IMG/VR virus record: IMGVR_UViG_3300048588_000136
Coordinates: 1-64,000 of that record
DNA: 64,000 bases
Origin: a virus
Strand: one strand, 5' to 3'
Shown here: positions 36,502 through 46,000 of the stretch, piece after piece
Numbering within the stretch: the stretch's first letter is position 1
Layout of the letters: each line of letters starts with the position of its first letter
Notes under the pieces: model-generated
Seen by the model: only the letters and a program-made list of their open reading frames with translations
What the model was told of the DNA's origin: nothing
The model's database searches: none
Made by a program: the position numbers and the translations under genes

Positions 36502-36889
36502 GCTGGTGGCCGAAAGCATTGCGGTAGAGAGTCTTAGTCTTGTCACCGCTACCTTTACCATTGGCACTGAATCCGGCAACGCCATCAATGTTGCCATCCA
36601 ACTTAAAGATGCCAGCGGCGCGGATCTAGCTCGGCGTTGTGCTTTGCCGTGGTATCTATCAAGCGATGCTAACGGTGACGCTATTGCGTCGGCGCCAGGC
36701 AGTGGCATCGCTATCGGCACTGATGGCTTGCTTTTGGAATGGACGAACAATGTCAGCGGTTTGGTTGTCAGCGAAGCCGACGGCGACATTGACGTAACCC
36801 TGACCGAATCCAGTACCGGCACATGGTATCTGGTGCTCGTGTTGCCAGGCGGTAATCTTGCCGTATCCGGCGCCATCACCTTTGCCTAA
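36464..36889 (+). CDS. putative structural protein
   Basis: beta-rich, head-tail region. Confidence 0.6.
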   Translation: MNTLTKGNAKVGKLVAESIAVESLSLVTATFTIGTESGNAINVAIQLKDASGADLARRCALPWYLSSDANGDAIASAPGSGIAIGTDGLLLEWTNNVSGLVVSEADGDIDVTLTESSTGTWYLVLVLPGGNLAVSGAITFA

Positions 36890-36891
36890 TT

Positions 36892-37329
36892 ATGAGCATT
36901 GATCGTGTCCGCTTACTCGTTGGCGACAACGACAGCACTGACTACGTGCTGCAAGATGTGGATGTCGTCTTTTTTCTTGAAGAGGCGAAAGACGACATCT
37001 ATCTGGCCGCCACAATGGCAGCGGAAGCCATTGCTGCCAAATACGCACGCATGGTCACAAATAGCCAATCTGACGTGCATGGCAATCATTCGCTGACTCG
37101 CAACTATAGCGATAGACACAAACACTATCTGGATTTGGCAAAGCGACTAGAGACGCGCCGCACTAAAAACCGGATGGAAACCATGTCGCTGGGCAGCGTG
37201 TACGCGGGTGGTATCAGCAAGACTGACAAAGAGACACGCCAGGAAAATACCGACAGACCAGAAACGGCGTTCGCCCGCGATCTACACGAGAATACGAGAG
37301 GCACGCAGCGTGGCAGTATTCTGGAATGA
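36892..37329 (+). CDS. head-tail adaptor
   Basis: DRVRLLVGD..L.D....FL..AA..A..IAAKYAR, YAGGIS. Confidence 0.75.
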   Translation: MSIDRVRLLVGDNDSTDYVLQDVDVVFFLEEAKDDIYLAATMAAEAIAAKYARMVTNSQSDVHGNHSLTRNYSDRHKHYLDLAKRLETRRTKNRMETMSLGSVYAGGISKTDKETRQENTDRPETAFARDLHENTRGTQRGSILE

Positions 37330-37831
37330 TCTAAACGACCGGCTGGTGTCAACGTTTTCGGGTGCGATGGGTGCGAGTAGTTCCTATAGCACCATGAAGG
37401 CGCAGACCATCAACGACCGGATTTATGCCGATGCGCACGAGTGGGTAACGTGGACATTGCCTGCTATTTCGGTGGCGTGCTATCGAATACTGTACAACAC
37501 ACAGGCGCATGTCGGCTCAACCAATAAGCTTTATGAGCGCACCTACAAATGCATGGCGTTCGGGCTAATTTCCGGCAGTGTCAATTATCTCACAACGCCG
37601 GCCGTGGATACCGTGTCAGATGCGCTGCGTGAATTTTACGAGCGTATGGAGTCCGTGCTGTCAATTAATCAGTTTTCGTTTCTGTCGGCTGGCGTGCAGG
37701 CTCGCAGCGTGACCATAACTAGCGGCGACCTTGACGTAATTCGTTATCCGAATGATGACATAGATAGTAAGCGCCGAATCGGCGTCGCCTATTTTATGTA
37801 TGATGTCATAGCGAAAGTTAATCCATTATGA
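37310..37831 (+). CDS. putative tail terminator/completion protein
   Basis: GTG after GAGG; position before tail tube. Confidence 0.55.
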   Translation: MAVFWNDLNDRLVSTFSGAMGASSSYSTMKAQTINDRIYADAHEWVTWTLPAISVACYRILYNTQAHVGSTNKLYERTYKCMAFGLISGSVNYLTTPAVDTVSDALREFYERMESVLSINQFSFLSAGVQARSVTITSGDLDVIRYPNDDIDSKRRIGVAYFMYDVIAKVNPL

Positions 37832-38037
37832 CCAGACAAGAAGTCTTAGACTATATCATTGCCACACATGGCGACGATTTGCAGGAGGCGGGTGTGGAAC
37901 TAACTGACACGCCGGAGAACCTATACTACGTGCTGTTTGACGCCATGATCTATGAGAATGTCAGCGACGAACGCCAGCAGGAAGAGGCTGACGCCAAGGT
38001 GGCGCGCCTGATTGCCGATAAAACGGCGGGGAGTTAA
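37828..38037 (+). CDS. hypothetical protein
   Basis: ATGA coupling. Confidence 0.55.
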   Translation: MTRQEVLDYIIATHGDDLQEAGVELTDTPENLYYVLFDAMIYENVSDERQQEEADAKVARLIADKTAGS

Positions 38038-38040
38038 TAC

Positions 38041-39072
38041 ATGTCGGCAACATCGGAAGCCAATTCATTAGGTTCATTTTTTGCCGTGGGGGTGCAAGGT
38101 GCTAAGGGTACAGCCGCAACCACGCTATATAAGCTAATCGCCACCGATAGCGGTTTGGCGCCTGAGTTTGAATACCGCGACACGCGACTGGAACATCCAA
38201 GCGCCGGTGGCACAACGTCATGGGCGCGGGCCAACGTCAATCAGATCACCGGCTACATTGGCAAGGCTACTGTGACTTTTGCGATGCGTCCGAAGGGGAT
38301 TGTGCCGGTGTTGCAGGGCGTTGGTTTTCAAGTTGTGACCACCAACAACACGACCAACTATTCGCACGCTTTAACCCAAGGCACCGACGCCGCTCACAAA
38401 TGGGTCACCGCCATCTGGAAAGTGGACGACAGCGACGCCGCCTACTACCAACGCGGTGTCGATGGCCGTTGTACGTCACTGACGATCACGGTCAACACTG
38501 ACGAAATCATGTGTACGGCTGAAATCAGTTTCCTTTCTGTGGCGCCACTGTCGGGTAGCCCAACCTATGTTGCTGAACAGTCGGATGAAATCGTGCCCTG
38601 GGTTGGTGCCAGAACTGGCATCACGATTGGCGGGTACACGGTAGTCGAAGTATTGCGTGGTGCTGAGATTGGATTTGAGAATACCCTGCGTGACCAAGAC
38701 AAAGCGTTGTGGACACAGACGCGTGTTAATATGCAACGCCAGTCTATCAACGGTACCTGCAACTTTACCGAAATCAATGTGTCCGATTCGATCTATGAGG
38801 CGCTGTACTATGGCGCTGATGCTGGTTCGACGGTGGCCACAGCCCCCGTTACTGGCGCGGTGGACGTTGAGTGGCGTAGCGCCGCCAATATCAGCGGCGC
38901 CGTAGTGCCGTACAAGTTTCAATATGCTGCGCCGTCGGTGCAGTGGGAAGCCGGCGGAATGCCGACAGCTAGCGGTGACAACCTTGTCACTATCGGCGCT
39001 AACGGTACCGTCGTTGGTAACGTGTCCACACCGATCACTGTGACGGTCGTCAACAATGTAGCGAGTTACTAA
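38041..39072 (+). CDS. major tail tube protein
   Basis: GVQ.AKGTAAT, Thr/Val-rich, ends VTVVNNVASY; precedes frameshifted chaperone. Confidence 0.8.
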   Translation: MSATSEANSLGSFFAVGVQGAKGTAATTLYKLIATDSGLAPEFEYRDTRLEHPSAGGTTSWARANVNQITGYIGKATVTFAMRPKGIVPVLQGVGFQVVTTNNTTNYSHALTQGTDAAHKWVTAIWKVDDSDAAYYQRGVDGRCTSLTITVNTDEIMCTAEISFLSVAPLSGSPTYVAEQSDEIVPWVGARTGITIGGYTVVEVLRGAEIGFENTLRDQDKALWTQTRVNMQRQSINGTCNFTEINVSDSIYEALYYGADAGSTVATAPVTGAVDVEWRSAANISGAVVPYKFQYAAPSVQWEAGGMPTASGDNLVTIGANGTVVGNVSTPITVTVVNNVASY

Positions 39073-39077
39073 AGTGT

Positions 39078-39611
39078 ATGGATGAACTAGAAAAGTCGAT
39101 TGATGTTGCCGTAACTCTCTCGGAGGACGGCACCGAAACAGAATATCGTCTGACAATTGGTGAGTGCAGTATCTATCGTAAGGCATTGTTTGACCGATAC
39201 CGAGCGCGCATCTACGGCGCGGCTGCCGACGAATTCGCCAAGAATGTTGAACTGCCCGAAGCCGACAAATTGAGCAATGAATTTCTTCGATACTTTGCCG
39301 TCAGAAAACTGCTCAACCCGTTCGACGCTGAACTAATTGACACCATCGTCGCTGTCGCTATTGATCACGCCATCGTGTTGGCGTCTGTCCATGAGACGCG
39401 CAAGCGCGATGGCGAAACGTGGGTAATGGCGCAAATGCCGGCGTGGTGGTATGAACCAATGGAGGCCATTCAACTCATACCACCTGAAACGATTCGGGCG
39501 CTAGTTGGTGAGGTGCTGAAGGTGACGCCGGTTCGTGTGTTTGGCTTCATTCCCGCCGATGACGAGCAAAAAAAAAGGCTGAAAGTGATCGTCGCGCCAT
39601 CAGCGAGTTAG
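39078..39611 (+). CDS. tail assembly chaperone (gpG-like)
   Basis: follows tail tube; A9 slippery run near the 3' end. Confidence 0.75.
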   Translation: MDELEKSIDVAVTLSEDGTETEYRLTIGECSIYRKALFDRYRARIYGAAADEFAKNVELPEADKLSNEFLRYFAVRKLLNPFDAELIDTIVAVAIDHAIVLASVHETRKRDGETWVMAQMPAWWYEPMEAIQLIPPETIRALVGEVLKVTPVRVFGFIPADDEQKKRLKVIVAPSAS

Positions 39612-39928
39612 CTAGGGCCATCATAGCGGCGGAAGAGTCGGCCAAAGAGGACAAGCACGCACGGCCATTAACGCCGGCAGAGTTACGAGCAAAGGCTAAA
39701 GAGCTTGAAGCAGATGGGCTGTGTAATCCTGTATCGCTGGAAATATACAGGACATGGTATATGATGGGCGGATCACAGTATGGTCCGTCGCCTGTGGAAA
39801 TACTCGAAATGCCAGCGTGGTTGCGCATGGATTTTGACACGATCAATCGGTACATCTCCGATGAGCGCGACAGGGTGAAACGCAACAAGCCGAAGAAGGC
39901 CACAGCCAAAACGAGGGGCAGACATTGA
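39568..39928 (+). CDS. -1 frameshift extension of tail chaperone (gpGT-like)
   Basis: CAA AAA AAA AGG; -1 frame is open for about 120 codons to TGA at 39926-39928. Confidence 0.75.
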
Positions 39929-39931
39929 ACC

Positions 39932-39975
39932 AAAGGCACTTACCGCAGCAGCAAGCCCCGGCGAGTGCCTTTTTT
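39932..39975 (+). terminator. terminator (likely bidirectional)
   Basis: AAAGGCACT..AGTGCCTTTTTT. Confidence 0.7.
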
Positions 39976-39985
39976 GTTGTTGAGA

Positions 39986-40234
39986 TCATGCTGAAATGCA
40001 AGGTTTCGAGACATATAGATCTGCGTGAATTCCATTGCGTTCTACATGAACAGTAGAGCCATGTAGTTCTTTTACTATTTTTAAATATGTGCTTTCCAGG
40101 ATATTGCCGCTATGCACAATGTTGCCGCCCTCATCCTTTTGTAGCCCTGAATCATTTGGATTCGGCAAAAAACAAAGCGCTTCATAGACAGAATCGGGCA
40201 TGTGTATGGTTATATTTATTTTGTCTCTGTTCAT
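39986..40234 (-). CDS. AT-rich hypothetical protein (moron)
   Basis: RBS AGGAGG, antisense to late genes. Confidence 0.55.
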   Translation of the reverse strand: MNRDKINITIHMPDSVYEALCFLPNPNDSGLQKDEGGNIVHSGNILESTYLKIVKELHGSTVHVERNGIHADLYVSKPCISA

Positions 40235-40264
40235 AGTCACCTCCTACTGAGGATTATACCACAG

Positions 40265-40741
40265 ATGTTCACGTTAAGAACAGATAGCCGATTCGATGAT
40301 TTAGAACGCTTGGTTGACCGCATCGCCCGGCCCGGCAATGGCCAAACCCGCATGATTGCCGACGGCATACGCCAGCAATTCGCAGCCAATTTTACGCGCC
40401 AGGGTAGCGGTGATGGACGTTGGGCACCACTAGCGCTGTCCACGCAATTGCAGCGGCGGCAACAAGGCTTTGCAGGCAATAGTCCGATCCTAGTGCGACG
40501 TGGCGATTACCGCAAGTCATTCACCGAGCGCAGCGGCGACAATTACGAAAGTATTCAGTCAACTGGCTTCGGGCTAGTAATCGACGTTGGCAGCAATGAT
40601 CGTAGAGCGCCTTGGCTGGAACGTGGCACAAGCCGAATACCGGCACGGCCAGTCACGCTGCTAGGTGACGAGCAGGTTGATAATTTGGTGCGAATTGTTG
40701 ATTTCGTTGTCGGAGAAATCGAGCGCAACATATGGCGCTAA
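40265..40741 (+). CDS. phage virion morphogenesis/neck protein (Mu gpG-like)
   Basis: NF..QG..WAPL..ST..IL...G..R.S..GT.RIPARP. Confidence 0.75.
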   Translation: MFTLRTDSRFDDLERLVDRIARPGNGQTRMIADGIRQQFAANFTRQGSGDGRWAPLALSTQLQRRQQGFAGNSPILVRRGDYRKSFTERSGDNYESIQSTGFGLVIDVGSNDRRAPWLERGTSRIPARPVTLLGDEQVDNLVRIVDFVVGEIERNIWR

Positions 40742-40923
40742 CTAAGGCTGAACCAACCTACAAGGCACCCAAACCACGCTTTGTACCGGTGGTCGTCAAT
40801 GGTAAGTTGGTGTTTAAGTTCGACCCTGAACGCGGGCTCATTGAATGGCAAAGCAGAGGCGAAAAACATATTATCGACCTAGCGGAATACGCTGAGAAAC
40901 AAAATAGCGGTACAGACAATTGA
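40732..40923 (+). CDS. small beta protein, possible regulator
   Basis: GKLVFKFDPERGLIEW..RGEKHIIDL. Confidence 0.55.
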   Translation: MALTKAEPTYKAPKPRFVPVVVNGKLVFKFDPERGLIEWQSRGEKHIIDLAEYAEKQNSGTDN

Positions 40924-41094
40924 TGCTGTACCGCTGTTCTGTTCCTCGTCATACCTCTTCTGACCAACAATCCTTCACATCAGGCAAGCTCAACATACGA
41001 TCAATCTCTGCCTGAATTTCGTCATCATTGCCCGTGAATGGGTGTTCATGCTCTCGATTCCAGATGTCTGTATAGACAATGCGGACAGTACGCC

Positions 41095-41601
41095 TCATAG
41101 TGCGATTCTCCCGTACTGACTTAACACAGGTGGCAGATCGTTAGTATAGATATTCGTTGTCGGCTCACACTTACCGTGGTACATCAGCACATGACCACCA
41201 TTAACGCCGGCGCTAGCAATGATGTGTCCATTTCGCTTAGCATGTGACTCAATCGGACGCACTTCATGGTCTAGCACCAGCATATGTGCTGCGAAGCGTT
41301 GGTAGGGCTTGGGGAACTGTTGAGACAGGAAGACAACCAGCCCTGTCTCATGCTGCTCTACACCGTCAGTCACCCAGGGTTCGGGCATCGTAGCTTCTAC
41401 GGTGGGGAACATACCAAACGCATTGTGTTGCTCCAGCCGACAAAGCCAGTTGCACGCTTTCTGATACTCGAATTTCTTGCCGTCCCACACAATACGCACA
41501 CCGGCAGCATATGCCTTTGCCCAAAACGCAATCGCCGGGCGAATATACCACTGCTCAACTGACGTGTGCTTAATTGCCATTGTCGGTTCTAGATTTAGCA
41601 T
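41095..41601 (-). CDS. hypothetical protein
   Basis: RBS AGAGG. Confidence 0.6.
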   Translation of the reverse strand: MLNLEPTMAIKHTSVEQWYIRPAIAFWAKAYAAGVRIVWDGKKFEYQKACNWLCRLEQHNAFGMFPTVEATMPEPWVTDGVEQHETGLVVFLSQQFPKPYQRFAAHMLVLDHEVRPIESHAKRNGHIIASAGVNGGHVLMYHGKCEPTTNIYTNDLPPVLSQYGRIAL

Positions 41602-41844
41602 GGTTGCCTCTATTTCTGATACACATGTGGATTTGCCCACAGTTTAACATTGGTCTAGTGAGATAAGCAAGCACGGTGCCGATGCCAGTTCCCTCACTCC
41701 ACACCCGTGTAGAGTTAACTCTATTTCGTAATTCAGTTGTTAACTCTATACGTATATAGATTCCTGGTTCGTCGGCGCACTTCTGTGCTATCCTCCCCAG
41801 GCGTTTTAAGTGTCCATCTGAGTAATCCGGCCACTACGTAAACT

Positions 41845-42258
41845 CTACCACATTGCTCGCAGACTATCGACCTGTTCGGCATCGTTCATAGCGTCGAAGG
41901 CGGCCATGCGCTTCGCCATCCGTTTCGTTGGCAACTTTGCGTCCTTGACCGGCTCAGGTTCAGGCGAAACATAAGCTTGCAGCCGGGCCAGCAATTCATC
42001 CTGATACTGGCGCCGTTCGTCGTCGGACATGGCGTACACATCACGCAGGTTCGACCGACAGTTCCGTAACTCGGTAATGTATTGCTTTCGCTCATCGGCC
42101 GTCATTGTTCGCAGGTCGGGTTGATCCTCGCCGCGCTCTGCTAATATTTTAGTGATGCGGGCACTCAGTTCGTCATTGTACGCGAGGAGTTCGGCGTAGG
42201 TCATGCTATCGATGTCTTTGCGCGAATCGTCGCGCTGAGGTAAAATCTTCTTAGCCAT
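41845..42258 (-). CDS. helical-repeat protein
   Basis: four (D/T/A)-M-(T/S/N)-x-x-E repeats. Confidence 0.65.
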   Translation of the reverse strand: MAKKILPQRDDSRKDIDSMTYAELLAYNDELSARITKILAERGEDQPDLRTMTADERKQYITELRNCRSNLRDVYAMSDDERRQYQDELLARLQAYVSPEPEPVKDAKLPTKRMAKRMAAFDAMNDAEQVDSLRAMW

Positions 42259-42321
42259 AGGAAAGCTTCGACCTTTCTTGTGGTGATTAGCCGGCTAGGT
42301 GGTGAAGACACCTAACCGGCT

Positions 42322-42564
42322 TTACTTTTTACTATTTTTCCTGCGCTGGTTATGCCATTCCGCTATGCGATCTACATCCTCTCGTTTCCATACCCATGAA
42401 TTGCCTATTTTACATGGGGCGAGATCTGGATGACGACGTAGGATAACACGCATGTATGACGGAGCAAGACCCAGCATATTCGCTACTTCGGCAGAACTGT
42501 AAATAGATTTCTCTCCATCCAAAGTCACCTCCTCAGCAATTGACACTGTATCGTTTCCATGCAT
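42322..42564 (-). CDS. excisionase-like/HTH_17 DNA-binding protein
   Basis: YSSAEVANMLGL..KIGNSWVWKREDV; start may be a downstream TTG after GAGGAGG. Confidence 0.75.
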   Translation of the reverse strand: MHGNDTVSIAEEVTLDGEKSIYSSAEVANMLGLAPSYMRVILRRHPDLAPCKIGNSWVWKREDVDRIAEWHNQRRKNSKK

Positions 42565-42565
42565 T

Positions 42566-42594
42566 ATTCTAGCACAGAAACCATAGCGTGTCAA
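42566..42594 (-). promoter_or_regulatory. leftward sigma70 promoter
   Basis: TTGACA-17-TAGAAT. Confidence 0.75.
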
Positions 42595-42648
42595 TGGGCA
42601 ATCCGTGACATATTATACGTCTTTGCGGTATGGACAGGAATAACCCAC

Positions 42649-42756
42649 TATACAAAAATGTAATTTTGTGCTATACTTTCCGTAGCGAATTTAATACTTA
42701 AGCGCCTAGAGCGCCCACACCGAACGCCAGGAGCGTCCAGTGATGGGCGCTTTTTT
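42649..42756 (+). promoter_or_regulatory. tail-operon promoter plus leader with AGCGCC repeats and terminator
   Basis: TATACA-17-TATACT; AGCGCC 42701 and 42710, AACGCC 42723, AGCGTCC 42732; GCGCCCA..TGGGCGC + T6. Confidence 0.7.
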
Positions 42757-43006
42757 ATTTCCCGGTCAATGGGTTACGTGGTGGGGATGGGAGCGTTTGC
42801 GTCATCTGCTGTTGTTCTGCGAGTCGTCGTGCGGCGTCTTGGTTGGCGATGACCTGCTGGAGTTCAATCTGTTTTCTGAGCAGGTCAATAATTTCGTTGA
42901 TACGAAAATACCAGAGTATTACCTCTCTGATTAAGTAGAAGACGAGTCCAATCGCTACCGAGCCGACTACCAGGATGACTAATATACCCGACCAATCTGG
43001 AGACAT
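42755..43006 (-). CDS. small membrane protein (moron)
   Basis: RBS AAAGGA; long TM then LIREVILWYFRINEII. Confidence 0.65.
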   Translation of the reverse strand: MSPDWSGILVILVVGSVAIGLVFYLIREVILWYFRINEIIDLLRKQIELQQVIANQDAARRLAEQQQMTQTLPSPPRNPLTGK

Positions 43007-43077
43007 GTGTTTTCCTTTCTAAGATGTAGGATACGCCAGTTTAACAGCATTTACTTTTTGTTAATTGAGTGTAACGA

Positions 43078-46000
43078 ATGCCTGACAAGAATTTAACGTA
43101 CAAGATAATTATAGACACAAGCCAAGCGAAAACGCAAGCGCAATCCATACGCTCTGTGTTTGAGGCTGAATTGAAGCAGATCAGTGTCGGTAAGCTCGAC
43201 ACAACCGGCGTAAAAACAGCGGTCGATCAGGTCAAGGCGCTTTCTGCCGAGTTTGAAAAAGCTGTCAAATCCGGTGACATGGGACAGATTGACACGTCGG
43301 GCATTACCAGGGCCATAACCGAGGCGAGTCAGTTGCAGCTTGCTTTTGAAAAAGCAGCAGGCGCCGCCAACAACATCAAGATGCCAAGTGGCGGCGGTCC
43401 TGGTAGCGGCAATATATCTGCTATCATCGGTCAGGTGGTGCCAGGTGGATTAGGGACATTGGGCGGCGCCTTTGCCGGTGGATTTACTGCAACAGCGGTT
43501 ATCGCAGGACTAAAGGAACTAGGGCAAGAATTAGACGCTGTTGCGCGGCGCGGCGCAGTTATGACACAGTTACGAGATGTGTTAGAGAGTTACACCAAAT
43601 CTGTCGGCACAAATACCGATGCTATGATTGGTGCCGCCAAAAAAGCGTCTGCCGGAACTATTGCTGAATATGAATTAATCCTCAACGCGAACCGGGCGCT
43701 GCAATTCGAGGTCGCCAAAACCCCACAGCAATTTGCTCAGTTGGTTGAATTATCCACAGCGTTAGGGCGCGCCCAAGGCATTAGCGATACGCAAGCGCTA
43801 GAGTATCTGACCACTGGCCTAGCACGCGAGTCTCGATTAATTTTGGACAACTTGGGCTTGATCATCAATGTCTCCAAAGCAAACGAAGATTATGCTAAGT
43901 CAATAGGTAAGACGGCGGATCAACTTACCACGGCTGAGCGCAAGCAAGCGTTGTTAGCGGAAGCATACAACCAAGGCGCTGTCGCGATTGAGGCGAATCG
44001 GCAAGCTTTTGATAGTGCAGCGACACAATATGAACGATTTGATGCAAATGCGCAAAACCTGAAAGATTCACTTGGAGAATTGGCATCACGTATTCTCTCC
44101 ATGCCTGTCGCAAAAGCTGCTGGAGCACTTCAGGAGTATAACGAAAAATATTTCAAAGGCGGGGTATCTGACGATACACTTTTGCGCCGTCGTGCTGAAC
44201 TACAAGCAGAAATAGCCAAGATAGAAGCAAATGGCGGTCAATCCAATGTGCTAGGTATGCAGTTCGATGACGACCTAATTGGGCGCGCCGAACGGTACAG
44301 GGATGCCATTGCTGAGATTGACATTTTATTACGTGCAATGAAATCTGACGAGCCGAATCCCATTACTGGGCCAAGCCTCGAAGATTTTACGCAAGGACAA
44401 TCAACTAAAAAATTAACTTTCAGTCCATCGGAATTATCGGCAACTGATCTTATTGCCGCAGAAAGCGAAAAGATAGAAGCCGCGCTACTCGCTCGCGCTA
44501 AGCAAGCCGTAGCAACAATGGGTGCTGACAGTATTGCATCCGTGACAGCGCAAATGGAATCTGTACGATCTCAAATGAACGCTGCCATCGATGACATGAT
44601 AGAACGGGGATTGAGTGATCCACAACAAATTTCCTTCGAGAGTACGGCTCTCCAGGAATCACTACTTGCCGCCTTCGATGTCGTCAATCAAGTCGATTTC
44701 AGTGCGTTTAGTGGCGCATTCGCAGGGCTTAACCAAAGCTTTGGTGATTTTCTCCCCGCTGTTGCATCGGCTCGTGAAGAGTTAGCGGCGCTATCAGAAG
44801 AGATTGCATTCACCGGCAGCATGACGGCAGAGCAGGCCGCGCAGTTTGATTACCTGGCTTCTATTGCCTACAGTGTTGGCGACGCAGGGTCGCAGCTAAA
44901 TGGCGTTGTCAACGAGCTTGGCGGCGCCTTCTTGGAGTCAAACAGCTACGCCGCCGCATTGGTCGAACAATTATTCCTCGCTGAAGCCGCCTTCCGTAAT
45001 GGGCAGATTTCAGCCGGCACCTATGCTGGCATGACGGCGGCGCTAACCGGCAACTTGTTAACGCTTGCCCAAGGTGCCGGCATTGCCACAAGCGCTATAT
45101 GGCAACTTAATCAAGCACAGGCGGACATGAGCAACCTGCCGGGGTACGCTGCGGGGCAGCAGGTCGGTGGCAGCATTTCGCAGCGCATAGCCACACAGCA
45201 AGCGGCCAGTGGTCGTGAGCAGAACCGGCGCGAAATGGAGCGTTACAATGCAGCGGTTGCGCGGCAGCAGGAATCGTCGGCGCGGCGTGCGGGCAAGGCG
45301 TTGGAGGACGGCGCAAAAAAGGCCAGCCAGGAACTAAAATCGGCTCTTGACAAAGTGCCGGGTCTGTTCGGTACAACGCAGGTCACTGAACAGGACATGA
45401 AAGACGCTGAACTTGGTGTCTACCAGGAAAAGGCTGACGAATACCTGCGGCGCCTACGTGACGAGGTGGTCAACGGCAAACAGTGGGAGGATGTGTCAAT
45501 CGAGGAGGCGCGTGCGGGGCTGGAACGAGCCGGGCTAGAGGTTGGCAACACGGCAGAGCAAACATTGTCGCTTCTCGAAAAAGCCATGAACGACAGTTCG
45601 CTGTACTCTGCCGCCGAGAACATCCCCATTTTCATCAATGAGGAAGCGGTTAAGTATGCGCAAGATTTGCAAGCCAAAAGCGAGCAAGGCCGCAAGAATA
45701 TCTATGAATATTTCGGCGTGGTTGTTGATGATGCCACGAGCGCTGCGACCGGTGGTGGTGGTGCGGCTCCCGCGCCCGTGGCGCCGCCGAAGCTTGTCGA
45801 TATCGACCCGCTAACCGAGGGCTTGCAAACCGGGCTTGACGAGTATGTGAACGCCAACGGGCAAGTCATCAAGGAGCAAGTGGCTAACGCAAAAGCGCTG
45901 TTCTTTGACCCGGCCCAACTGTTTGGCACAGGCGGTAAAACAAACGGCATGGGGCCGATGACCAATCCGGCTGTTACTGTCACCGCTGATCCCACGGCGC

